Below are positions 38,201-51,700 of a DNA stretch of 64,000 nt, piece after piece; positions within the stretch are counted from its first letter, which is position 1, and each line of letters begins with the position of its first letter. Both the position numbers and the translations under genes were made by a program. The stretch comes from Bugula neritina (taxonomy: Eukaryota; Animalia; Bryozoa): contig OZ037768.1 of assembly GCA_964035545.1 (NCBI GenBank), positions 1,480,384 through 1,544,383 on the forward strand, given 5' to 3'. The notes under the pieces were generated by a model. It saw only the letters and a program-made list of their open reading frames with translations. It had not been told where the DNA came from and searched no databases.

Positions 38201-40712
38201 GCTTCTTTCTCCTCTAACTCCTTTTTAGACTTGGCATCTTGCACTCTCTTCAACTGTTCTCTAGCCTCTGAGGCCAATTTCTCTGCCCTCGCTTCTTCCT
38301 CAGCTGCATTCTACAAGACATAGACATATGAGATTAAATCTTCACAGAAACCCATTTGGTTTATAAATTTAAAAAGAAAATGAAATGATAATGACTAAAA
38401 GTTTGGGATTGTCGAGTAGTGAAGTGCCTACCTGAGCTACAGCTTCAATATTTTTAGCTTCTTCTTCAGCTTTTAGTCTCTTCTCTTCTGCTTCTTTACG
38501 GAGTTTCTCTAACCTCTCCTACAAGATAAACAGTAGTGAGATCCCAGGCTATGCACTCAAAACCCATCCAATCACAAGCAGCGATGGTAACACTCAGCCA
38601 ATCACAAGTCTACATGTGAATATCTACTCACCTCCTCTTCAATTTTTCTTCTATCGTCATCTTCTTTCTCTTTTCTCCTTCGCTCTACAACAGGAAGTAA
38701 CTAGTAAGGCACCGCCCACACCGACTGAGACATTCCCACATCTGACACCACACCAAGTTTTTTCACACCAAGTTTTCTTACCTCTCTCTTCTTCGCGCCT
38801 TTTCTTCTCTTCTGCTTCCAGACCTGCCCTCTCAGCCTGTCATAAAATATGTTACAGTATTAGATTCAGCGATTTTTCTCATCCCACGACCTCTCTAGAC
38901 ACTTGCATATAAATGATAGTCATGCAAGCAGTTAGTACACAAGTGCAAAGCTACAACTCTGTGCGTGTTAAACAAACCCAGTAAACAAAAATACCTCTTC
39001 CTCGGCAGCTTTTGCTGCCGCTTCCACTTGTTTCATCTCCTAAAATAAGTATTTATTACACGATAAAGTGTACTAGAGAGATCAATGTTCTCTTATTCAC
39101 AGTTTAGAGTGTCTCACACTTTGTATTTTATTCTTATGTGTTGACCTTCACCTTAATTAGCTGGGTATTGAGATAATGCAGAGGTACAACATACTGAATA
39201 TGTATTATAAGGTATACTAGAGTCTCACTTGTTCTGCTTGGTGACGTTTTTCCTCTTCTTGTCGCAACTTTTCTTCTTCCCTCATCTTTTGCTCTTCAAG
39301 TAACCTCAGCCTGTCCTCCTCGAGTTTCTCCTTCATCATCTTTCGCTCCTCTTGTGCCAACCTTTTCTTTCTTTCAGCTTCTAAAAACACAACTATTTAT
39401 TATAAACTATATAACTATACAGTAAAACTCTATAAACATGAATTTACTATCTATTTCCATAGCAGTATTACTACCGGAGCACAACACACTGTAATCGTGG
39501 TAAGTAATTAATTTAAATCAACTTGAAAAATGTATGCATGATTGAGAGACTTTTTATATCACATCACATGAATTCAAACCCCTACAGTATTCTCCATTAT
39601 AACACCCCCTATAGTACCCTCTATAACACCCCCTATAGTACCCCCTATAGTACCCTCTATAACACCCCCTATAGTAGCCTCTATAATATCCCCTCTCATA
39701 TCCTTTACAATATCCCCTAGAATATCCCTTACAATATCCCCTATAATACCCCTTACAATATCCCCTAGAATATCCCTTACAATATACTCTATGACATCCC
39801 CTACTATCTTATAAGATGGTGTTTCATATTGCACTGCTTCCAGTCACCTTCCTTCTTTCTCATTTCCTCCTCCTCTTCTTCAAGCACGTCTGCGTAACTC
39901 GGTATGTTACACAGCTCAACCTCTATCTCGGCAAATGATATCTTCGCCCCGGGAGCTGGTCGAGACTTAATGAAGGAATTCCATTTCCTGTGAGAGAAAT
40001 GCTGTCCATGAACTGCTTGCAGGAACCACCTGTTGGAAAGCTTATATCAGTGAGTAAGAATTTTATATTGACTCAACAGCTATTAGTATGTCTGACTCAA
40101 CAGTTAGAGTACTTAAGAAAAGCTGAAATATATGAGAGAATAACTTAACTTAAAGCTTCAATATTGTATTAATACCAATGAAAAATAATTGAAAATATGA
40201 AGCAACTTATGCTTGCATATTATATTGCATATACTCGTGTACTATGATATACACATAAGTGTTCTAACTAAAGGCCAACTATAAACACCTGGCCTGGTCT
40301 TCTGTAATAGAATCAGTTCTGTCCACGTCAAGCATGGAAAACTCCCACCTAAAGTCTTGAATTAGAAAGTATCTTCGATCCATTTCCTTCAATAAATCAA
40401 TCAACTCCCAATCTTCACAGACGTTGGGGTCTGAGCAGACGTACAACATGGCCGCCTTTACCTACAATGTTATGTTAATAGTCTACTAGTATAGATTAAG
40501 AATTGAAATATTCTAAAGACTTTACAAAATTAGTTTAAATTTTCAAAATATTTTGAGTAGCTGACAAGACTAGGCACCTGAGGCAGGCTGACTCCGCCCA
40601 TGCGTATGGTGTCATGGACAGCTTGCACTTGGTCAGCATTCAACTCGCCAGTCATTCCCTCATCAACAAGAGAGAACAACTTTTTAACAACCTCAGGCTG
40701 AGAAGTGGCCAT
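35277..40712 (-). CDS. Uncharacterized 577-aa protein: EF-hand-like N-terminus, E/K/R-rich helical linker, C-terminal dynein-stalk MTBD-like domain
   Basis: 12 exons on the minus strand: 40712-40578, 40461-40289, 40029-39848, 39380-39229, 39039-38995, 38836-38782, 38684-38632, 38518-38432, 38310-38010, 36540-36260, 35791-35600, 35354-35277. Total 1734 nt, all GT-AG, in frame. EF-loop-like segments LFSLVDEGMTGELNADQV and FSMLDVDRTDSITEDQA. Domain calls are by eye. Confidence 0.85.
35355..35599 (-). repeat. Whole 245-bp intron built of 21-25-bp repeats grading from donor-like to acceptor-like units
   Basis: Minus strand: gtgagtttct..., (gtgagttagtagtgatacagtgact)n, then (tgagttagtatgtattcacag)n|GGGAGT. 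Confidence 0.88.
36721..37998. repeat. 20-bp minisatellite (cacagcttgctatatgacca) ~64 copies
   Basis: Directly visible. Begins ~10 nt inside the minus-strand donor at 38009. Confidence 0.98.
39595..39810. repeat. Degenerate 12-bp repeat (cccctatagtac / cccttacaatat)
   Basis: Directly visible. Confidence 0.85.
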
Positions 40713-42608
40713 AGCTCCTAGACTTTATGGAATAGCATAAATACTTAATAATTTAAAAGATTAATAACTAAACGCATCAAAGTTTTTGAACTCAAGAGAC
40801 AGCAACATTTCTGGAATAACTATCAAATGAAGTACAAAGGAGATGTGAAACATGACGATTACAATCTTAAAATGAAAAACAGTCTTTGATCTCAACAGCA
40901 ATCTGCCCACTGCTTAACTTTATTGACTGCCAAATTAGAGGTACTGAAATATTTAAACAGATTGTCAGCAATGCGAAGAGCTCATAAAAGTAGTTATAAA
41001 AACATCAGGTTTAAAATTAATTTAACTTGCTGAACTTTAAAGGTTCTGCAAGTTCAAGCTTAAGTTGCCTTAGTCAACAAAAAACACCCCTTGGAAATAA
41101 AACAAAATATTTATATAAAAAAACAAACATACACAGTAACATAGTTACTACTTGAAACTAATACAGAAGAATTTAGATTTAATTTTTAGCACAGCTTTTG
41201 GCACACTATTAAACTTGTATTCAAATCAATTAGAGTGAGTTTTAATTTTAGATAAACAAATATAGTCTACTAATACAACAAGTGATTCTAAAAGTATCAA
41301 CTGATTCATCACAAGCATAGCTATCACACTGAAATTCAAAGTGACATTAGCATTGGCACTCACTATAACTTATGAAATTAGTTATGATTTATGACTATCA
41401 CTATGAGTTTGACTATGGGTGTAACACTAACACTAACAGTAACTGTAAGACTAAGTGTATCAGTATGACTTGCAATTGATGTTGAAAGTTTCGATCTAAG
41501 CGTATTAGTGCCACTAGCTGCAGAGAAAGTCGCAGACCTAACAGCAACACTAACAGCATTAAACATATATGCAAACAAAGAGTTCCAATTAAATGCGAAA
41601 TAATTGGTGACACTGTGAGTGCTACATTTCAGTTTAAGTTTCTCACTTTCTCACTGTTTCTGCCTTTCAACTTCGAACTTAACTTTTTTATGTTTGAAAT
41701 TTTTGTGTGACAATCAAGACAAAACATTACACTAACTTTACCTGTGACCTTATAGAAATCTGCTGTAGCGCAAGCTTATTGCAGTAACACCATATATCAT
41801 AGTCGTTAACTGGCTATTAGTATTATTATTAAATAATTTACTTCTAAAAGCCCATGATTTACGCCATGTTGATACGTTTCTATAGACAAATCCACATTGG
41901 TTTTCAATTGTAATTATAGATTGAACGTTATTACTTTGAAGAGCTCATGGGTCATGTTAAAATTTTCGGACTCAAAGACAGTTGCGAAATACCAAAATGT
42001 ACTAACGTTGGAAGACAACTCCCCTGTAATTCCACAAATGTCGGGTTTATATTACTACACCATTATTTAAATTTTAAACCATTGAAATGCTTGCTAGTGA
42101 TGCTTTGCTACGCAGTCATTGCTGTACACAGCTTATAACATAGAGTAGTATTTCAAGACTTTTCAGTCGACTGCTGCCTACAGGTTAAAATGCCACTGAA
42201 ATAAATGAAGAGTGTATTTTTACAAACTGCAGCAGAAAAAGTAAAAAAACACCATTGCTATATTTTAAGACATAAATACAAAATTGTTTACACATAATTG
42301 ATACAAAATAAAAGACAAAAATATTTGCAGTGTCCAGTGACATAGAATAAGCAACATATTGATAATTGCATGATATTGACTCATCATTGTTGGGATTACA
42401 GAAGAGTAATTCTATATGAATAGATTCACCACCTTTTAACATGACTTATTGAGCTAAACAAGGTACTTGCAACCATGCTGAAGGTATAAAAACTTGAATA
42501 TATATAGATTAGTCAACTAGCAATCAGAATGCATGTCATTATGCAAAGGGAATCTGAAAGCAACCCTCTACCACAATCAAAAAGTACAAATATATAAGAT
42601 TTAAAAGC

Positions 42609-45600
42609 TTAAAAACCGGATTTCATTTCAATAGGAATGTCAAAAGCCCCGGGACCCATTTTCTCCAGTAACAGCTGCTCCCCAAGTTGGTAGACTTTCT
42701 CACAGAACTCTGGTGACTGGGCTAATTCGGAGGGCTGGCAGACCCAGCAGTTGTTGAAGTACATTCCACCGACATCTTCCAGCTCCTTGCAGGTCGCCAC
42801 AAACACAGTAGTGGCAGCTCCTTGCTCCTGTGTAATATACTCACTATACTGTGTAATATATTCAGTATAACGTGTAACATATTCCACTATACTGTGTAAT
42901 ATATTCAGTATACTGTGTAATATATTCAGTATACTGTGTAATATATTCACTATACTGTGTAATATACTCTACTATACTGTGTAATATACTCAGTATACTG
43001 TGTAATATATTCACTATACTGTGTAATATACTCTACTATACTGTGTAATATACTCAGTATACTGTGTAATATATTCACTATACTGTGTAATATACTCTAC
43101 TATACTGTGTAATATATTCACTATACTGTGTAATATACTCTACTATACTGTGTAATATACTCTACTATACTGTGTAATATATTCACTATACTGTGTAATA
43201 GATTCACTATACTGTGTAATATACTCTACTATACTGTGTAATATACTCAGTATACTGTGTAATATATTCACTATACTGTGTAATATACTCTACTATACTG
43301 TGTAATATATTCACTATACTGTGTAATATACTCTACTATACTGTGTAATATACTCAGTATACTGTGTAATATATTCACTATACTGTGTAATATACTCTAC
43401 TATACTGTGTAATATATTCAGTATACTGTGTAATATACTCACTATACTGTGTAATATACTCACTATACTGTGTAATATACTCTACTATACTGTGTAATAT
43501 ATTCAGTATACTGTGTAATATACTCACTATACTGTGTAATATACTCTACTATACTGTGTAATATATTCAGTATACTGTGTAATATATTCTACTATACTGT
43601 GTAATATACTCACTATACTGTGTAATATACTCAGTATACTGTGTAATATATTCACTATACTGTGTAATATACTCTACTATACTGTGTAATATACTCACAA
43701 TATAATACACTTCTATATTATATCACATACTTACCAGGGACTTGGTGAAAGGCCGTAAGAGTGTAAACAGGAGTCTATAGCCCCACCAATTGCGACTGAG
43801 GGACGTGGGGATGAGGTTCCCAGGATGCAAGCTGTTACTAAAGACTTTGTGCAACACTTTACGGTGGTTGAGTGCGTTGGAGAAGGCGATGTTCAGTAGT
43901 TTAGTGATGCCATATTGAGCAAGACCGTTATAGTTCTCTTCAGAGGGGGACAACTTCTCGAGTGTCACATCTTTTTCTGACTGAACTGATGTTGATCGAG
44001 ATCTGGAGGATGAAGAACATGGTTGCTGCATACAGATTATACACACTGAGGTCTTTATTATTAGAACTAATACACTTTTCATGCTTCAGTTTTTAAAAAT
44101 AAAAGTGAAATATCTTAATTTAAATTAACTTTGTAACCCTTGCAACCTGTGTGGCTCATAACTACCTACCTGTGTGACTCATAACTACCTACCTGTGTGA
44201 CTCACAACTACCTACCTGTGTGACTCATAACTACCTACCTGTGTGACTCATAACTATTTACCTGTGTGACTCATAACTATCTACCTGTGTGACTCATAAC
44301 TACCTAACTGTGTGACTCATAACTATTTACCTGTGTGACTCACAACTACCTACCTGTGTGACTCATAACTACCTAACTGTGTGACTCATAACTACCTACC
44401 TGTGTGACTCATAACTATCTACCTGTGTGACTCATAACTATTTACCTGTGTGACTCACAACTACCTACCTGTGTGACTCATAACTACCTAACTGTGTGAC
44501 TCATAACTACCTACCTGTGTGACTCATAACTATCTACCTGTGTGACTCATAACTATTTACCTGTGTGACTCACAACTACCTACCTGTGTGACTCATAACT
44601 ACCTAACTGTGTGACTCATAACTACCTACCTGTGTGACTCATAACTACCTACCTGTGTGACTCATAACTATTTACCTGTGTGACTCATAACTATCTACCT
44701 GTGTGACTCATAACTATCTACCTGTGTGACTCATAACTATCTACCTGTGTGACTCATAACTACCTAACTGTGTGACTCACAACTACCTACCTGTGTGACT
44801 CATAACTACCTACCTGTGTGACTCAGAAGACACGTTGACTATTCTGCTCGGGGCTGACCTCACAAGGATGTGCTGCAGCAGATTACAGAGGTAGTGATGT
44901 GACAAGTAGTTCACTTGGAAGCACAACTCCAGACCATCTTCTGTGACAGTGTATGGGGGAGATAACACCGCAGCATTCAGTATCAGCATGTGTATAGGCC
45001 TAAAATTAGATCGACAATAATGAACATCAAAATATTGACAAGCTCACTTGCAATGAGGATAAATACTCGGTGAACCCCATCACACATTTCTTCTATAAGA
45101 AAGCAGTAAACGCAATCTCTTGATGTGGCAAATAAACATGTACAAATTTAATATTTAAAAGAAATACATAGACTAATGGTTTGATTCTAGAATATTCCAG
45201 CATACCATCCCCTCTTAGTATACTCCTCGGCGAATCTCCTCACAGACTTGAGTGATGCCAGGTCTAGATGCATTACCTCAACCTTGGCAGCAGAGTTCTC
45301 AGTAGTGATTAGTGCGGCAGCAGATTCGGCTGATGTAACGTTTCTACACGCCATTACAACAGTACATCCTGCCAGGGCCAGCGCCTTTGCCGTCTCGAAC
45401 CCTGAGTGTGTTTGTGGGATGAAAACTGGTTGAATGTGCAGGTAAGTTTTCAATTAATATTTGTGTACAGAAATTCAAATTATTATTTGATATCTAGTTA
45501 CATCAATACACTCAAGAAAAAAATCACAAAAACTGGTGCTATGATAAAGCGACCAAAGAAAAACAACAGACAAAATTTACTCTCACATTTCAGTGACCAA

Positions 45601-46654
45601 AAAATATATTTCAGATGATTCATTACATAATCAATCCTACAAATGGCTCACCCATCACCCATCCTAAAGCAACTCACCAATTCCAGCGTTAGCACCAGTT
45701 ATGACAGCATAGCGGCCAGTTAAATCTCTGCCCAGCAAAATCTTTGATGCAGAAGTGTTGCAGTCATATTTCTGTTTGATTGTAAAAGCACCGCCTGCTT
45801 CCAGTTTATCTTCGACAGCATAGGCTAGCCTGGGGTCCGTGAAAGTGGTTCTCTGATTCTTATGACTACAACAAAGTAGTCTCTTACTCTTGGCACCAAG
45901 ACTACTACTAATGCTACTGCTGCTACTACCACTACTACTACCACTACTACTACCACTAGTACTACTACTACTACTACCACCACTACTACTGCTACTACAA
46001 GTACTACTACCACTACCTCTGTCACAACTACTACTATTACTGATACTACACTGATACTACACTGATGCCACTAATATTTATACTAATACTAATACTCATG
46101 TTGCATATGATATATAGTGTAGCATATACCATACAATATAGTTTACACTGTATACAGTATAGGATGCAGCAAGCTTACTCTATAAAGTAAACATATCCAG
46201 TGTCTCCGATTTTCCTCTCCCAGCCATATGGCAACTCTAAAGCAATGAGCAATATGATAACAATTGACTGATTCACATTTCTCAAATTAATAAAATTTAA
46301 GTTAGAATTGTTGATTCAATATAATAGTATAACTATTAAGTACAAACCACCAATTACTTTTTTACGTTTTCCGCTAACGGGATGATGCCATTGCGTTTTC
46401 TGAACTTCGTGGCTAAAAATATTACATAGTCAACACAATTATACTTGTAAAATATTAAACAATAACTGTACTGTAGATAGATTGTGCAAAAGCTATGTTG
46501 GTAAGTTATACTAAGTAACAGTGTATTACTAACAAACGGTGATTAAGAAGAAAACACACCATGCATAGAAAACTTTCCCATCTACTGAAACTCTCTCTTC
46601 CCAGCCTGGAGGTAGCTCATCATCACTATCTGTGTTGTAGTCACTATCTACCAT
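42609..46654 (-). CDS. WWOX: WW domain-containing oxidoreductase (424 aa)
   Basis: Exons 46654-46560, 46412-46348, 46236-46179, 45865-45678, 45401-45206, 44999-44814, 44002-43735, 42827-42609 (1275 nt). WW1 [43 protein letters not shown]2 [63 protein letters not shown]|EQGAATT. Confidence 0.96.
42828..43700 (-). repeat. 21/22-bp minisatellite (~40 copies) filling the last WWOX intron; most units end in the acceptor sequence attacacag
   Basis: Plus strand ctgtgtaatatactcactata. The terminal unit supplies the true acceptor at 42828-42829. Confidence 0.97.
44146..44825 (-). repeat. 23-bp minisatellite (~29 copies) made of the exon6/intron6 junction of WWOX (gagtcacacag|gtaggtagttat)
   Basis: The first unit overlaps the coding end ...TCT GAG TCA CAC AG|gtaggt. 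Confidence 0.97.
45895..46095. repeat. (CTA/CCA)n microsatellite plus short repeats in WWOX intron 3
   Basis: Directly visible. Confidence 0.9.
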
Positions 46655-48755
46655 CGCGCTTACAGCACATGCACTTGTGATTATTACTTTGTAAACCTGA
46701 AATGACAATCTTTATAGCAATTATATGTTATGAAAATTTAAATATGCTACTATTCTTTAGCTTTTACAGTCTAAGGAATATACTAAGAGTTTATGCAGGC
46801 ACAAAAAGTTGAACGAAATGTTTTAATGACCAATTAATTTTATAATAAATCCATAGGCCTGTTAAATATAATATTTCAAATTGTAGTCACATTGAGTTAG
46901 ACCTGATAAACTTGATATCACAAATTAAAATTAAATTCAATAAAATATGTAAAATTAAATATAATTAATATTATATTTATATTAATATTATCAATATTAT
47001 TGTTAACACATTATTAAATTAAAAATAAATAGCAATGCTGATTGCAATACTAATATTAAAAAAAATTAAAACTGAAAGTAATTAAATTTAATATATTCTT
47101 ATTATCATGCCATACCTCTATCTTCACTGATAGTGATATAATTATTAATATAACTACTTCACTACTAGTAGTAGTACTACTCACTACTACTAGTAGTAGT
47201 AGTAGTTAGCAGGTACTACTAGTAGTAGTTTTTCTTTAAGTTTATAACTCTCTAACTCTAAAACATAGCCTAGCCTGTTAAGACTAAGTACAACACCAAC
47301 AGCAATACTAACAGTAACAGTAACACTAACAGTAACAGTAAGTGTAACTGTAAGTATAAGTTAGTGTTACAAGTAAGACTTAGACTTAGAGTAACCTACT
47401 AAGAGTAAGTGTAACTAAGTTTAACAATAACTACTAACTTAATCTTATTGTTTAAATTACAATTATGATTATCGTAATCAAGATGTTTATTGACTATTCT
47501 AATCATTATTAATATTATCATTATATTTGTGCATGATATGTCTATATTTAGTTGTTGAGCGAAAACCGTAGACTTTGATCGATGAAGAAAAACAGTGTAA
47601 ATCTTTTTGAAATTGTGATAATTCATGTTGAAGTTAAAAAACCCAAGAGTATTTTGGTAAACTATGCATGTTTGAGTGACAAGCAATATTAATATATTAT
47701 AACTACATATACTTATATCAATAGCGGAGATAGTTGTGTAGGTTTATAAAGCTAAAATCTTTAGCGATTTATTTTGTAAAAGGTTCGCTTCAGCGCAATA
47801 ACAAATGTATGCAGGTAAATTAATCTTCAAACTTTTTGCCTACTTATTGTATATGTTAGCCAAAATTTTTCACTAGTGATAATTCTATTTTGTTGGCTAG
47901 CAATTTGGTGCGTTTTGTACCCTTTTTTTGAAAAACTAAAAGTTTAATATAATAAGTTAATTATAAACTCGAAAAGGCTTTTGAATAAAATTCAAAATAT
48001 ATAGTCTCACTAAAAATGAATTTAAGATTTATTAAAACAATTAATATTGTTATTTATTTTACTATTTATAACTATCACTTTCTGAGCCTGAGTCTGTTTT
48101 CATTACATAGTGATAGCCATGTGTTTATAATTATATTCATTATTTTATATTGAATTTGTTATTTATATTGATATTCATGTTATTATTATTATAAGTATAA
48201 TAATAATTTTACGCCGTAGGCCATTAGTCATTATTCATTGCTGAATCTAGTGATCGCTACACAACGATTCAACTGATACTGATAGGTGATAATCATGCTC
48301 AAACTCATACTGATAGTACTACTGATACCCAATCTCATCATAGCCATTACTATATAAATATTATTATTAATATTACAATGATTACCTTACGATGATAAAT
48401 GATAATGATAATCTGCTCAAAACTATGACTCATTCATAAGGGTTATTGTCATGGCAGCACTGACCTAAAATTCTTCCATTTCTTTTTCACCAACTTTCAT
48501 GCAATTGTTGTTTATATATGAAACCTGAGGTAACACAAACTTTAATAAAAACACACATAACAAAATTTAAAATTTTATTTATAGATTTGACCAGTTTAAT
48601 AATTTCATATATTTAATTTTATGATAATTCTACTATAAAAGCATCATTCTCTACTAGCATCAACATCATCTCATACTGTTTCAGGTTTTTAATTATGTGA
48701 TAAAGTCTGCAGTTTTAGAGTTGGTGTTAAATACTTTTATATACTAACAATCATC

Positions 48756-51700
48756 ATGGATAAAACAGTAATGCTGCCAAAAAGTTTTCTACAGTTAAAG
48801 TCATCAGAACGAGTTCAAGCTCCAGTTGTGAACCAGGTATTTGTAAAGTTTTGTGAATTTTTTTAAGGAAAAATGTTTACATATAAAAGTTATTAGTTTT
48901 TATGCAGTTAAAGCATTAAACAAATTTCTAACTTTGATTTTGTTACTAGAGTTTTTGTAAATCTGCATTGTATGTGCATGTTGATAATATTATATTTCTA
49001 AACAACATTTATGGTAGCTGCTTCAGGAAATATCTTTAAAATATGCTGTAAAAATATAAATTCTAATAAAATAGTAATGCTTATTGTTAAATAGATATGG
49101 CACCTGTACCTGCTGATGGAAGAGCTGAAAGCATCATCTCATGAACAATCTTGTAAAGAGGATATCGAGTCAACTACAAATGATTTAATTGGTGCTGTGA
49201 AAGCTGTAATAAACACAGTCCAAGATCTCAAGTATTCATTAACAAAGGTATGGAATCTTGTTGTAACATATTTAATCAGCACACTAGTCTGTTATTAGAT
49301 TATATTTATTAGTAGTACACTAGTGATCAAGTCTATTTTTAGAATGTATTAGTCAATGGTAGAATGTATTGACGTCACTTCATTTCTTTCTATTTCTTTA
49401 GGAAAGTTCTGCAACTATAGAAGTGGCTTGCAATGAACTTGACTTTTCAGCTAGAAATTCTGTTGTTGCAATTAAAGGTTTGAAACTTGATGGTAAGAGC
49501 GGCTGTGAGATATTTGCCTCCCACCTTCAAGATTTTCTGCACAAACTCTACAAGGTACAAGTCACGCAGTTGCATATATATGCACATATATACGCATCTT
49601 GATGAGGATTTCAGTTTGTGTCAAACTGTTTTTGATTTATCTATTGTTATATTTTTCCATTGACTATAATATTTTGAATGAAGGAGCTTTATTTATTTTG
49701 AACTTGATATAAAAAACTAAAATCAAATTAATTGAAATTATACAATTAATAAACATTCATCTTAAAAAACTTTTAGATGATTTTCTTATATATCAGCTCT
49801 TGATTTATGGAGCTACTTTCATCACTAAGTTGACTGTGCAACTGTGTGTTGGCATGTAAAGCATGGGTGATGTAATACTTGCTGGTGTAGGTGTTCCATG
49901 CCATTGAAGATGTAGAGAACAACAGAATAATAAAAGTGATTTCCTGGATCAAAGAGCTGTTGAGAAATATGAGTCAAGTACAAACTTTAGATGATTTGGT
50001 GAACAGTTTCAAGGTACAAGACTCTCTATTCTGTTCACTGCTGGTTTACATGAGATGAAATTATAAAGATATGAAATGTGCAATCAATTGCCATACTGCA
50101 ATTTATCAAATAGTCCATTGCTAAAATTTTATTATTTTGGAAATAAATTTATTCTTAAAAGTTATTTTAAAAGTTGATGCGCTGTTAGATTTTTTTAGTT
50201 TTTAATTTGTGTTTGTTTATTTTTTTAAAGCAATACACAGAAAGTTTACTGATCCTCTTCAACCTAGTTGCTAAGCAACAAAGAGACATGAGAAGTAAGG
50301 AGAAAAGAGATTTGTTGGGTGCAGCTGCACTGACTGTCAAGAAGATGGCTCCTAGTGTCAACACATGCTGTCAAACCCATCTCAAATATCCTCAAAACTC
50401 TCAAGCTAAGGTGAGATTCACAGGCTAAGGTGAGCTTTATAGGCTAAAGTGAGAACACAGGTTAAAATTCAAGTAATTATCTGTGAATAGAGTCCTATGT
50501 CTATTCTGAATGCACTAGTGTTGCATTAAAGGTTATCACATCCTGTATTGTAAGCTAAGTTTGACCCAGTATACTGTTGATGGCATTGTGACAACAACTT
50601 CTAAATTTTGGACAGCATTTTTTATATTCATTGAAACATCAAGTAATTTATTTTTGTGGTAGGCTACAAATGACTATACCTTCTGATTTTACATATATAT
50701 TATGATAGGCATCAAATGTCTATTAATTATTTATTTATTTTAAATATTAATTTTCTAACAATAATTATCTAATATTACATAGAATATATAAATTATTAAA
50801 GAGCTGAGCATATAGGAAGAATTGAGCGCATGTCCTATGTCTATAAGCATGTATAAACCTGTGCAGTTTGCAGTAAGCACACATGCTTATATAGATGGCG
50901 GTTTTAATCAACCTTAAATTTAATGTCAATGATTACCGGCATAGTTTAATAAAATTTTGTGAGCCAGTAAAATGTGAAGTTTCTTATTATGTAAAAGTAC
51001 TTGTGGAACAACTTTTGTCACTCACTGTGTGCCAGCAGGAGAGCAAACTTGCTGTGTTTTCCGAGATGCACAGAGCTCTAGATGATATAGCATCTAATCT
51101 AAAAAGTAAAGACACCGTGGAGGATATTGCCAAAGGTCTCGATGACTATCTTTTTATTGATATCATAGACACAGTGAGTTACTGTATATCTTCATCAATT
51201 GAAATAATATAATAACCTCAGGGTGCCTCAGGGTGTCATTAATACTTTCCACCATTTATTGAGCTTTAATAAAACTGATATACTATATAATTTAGATATG
51301 ACTTTTCAACCGGTACTAGTGCTTATATTAAGAAGTCACTTGACCCCATTTTTGTATTGTGACAGTCATTCACTGTGTTTGTTGTACGTTTGTAGCAACT
51401 TAAATAAATAAACACTTATGTATTAATATTCATATTAAACGAATGCAATAAATCTTATCGTTGCATTTGATTGGTTGAAATTTTTTCTGATGCTCAACAA
51501 GTTTTTATTAAACGAAGAACTTGTTATTTTTCTATAACTTGTGTTAAATTAAAAATGTGAGAGTCAATATGTCCTGCAGATTTTGTCATGTGTGGAAAAG
51601 CAGTCTGCCGAGCTAGACAGTGGAGAAGTTGAATATCTGGTAGAGAAAGCTGTGAGACACTCCATGTGTGTCGTTTGTGTATCTTCTGCTGAATCCTGCG

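Noticed and set aside
45825-46025. Poly-Val ORF resembling a membrane protein
   Set aside because: Translation of a (CTA)n microsatellite in a WWOX intron.
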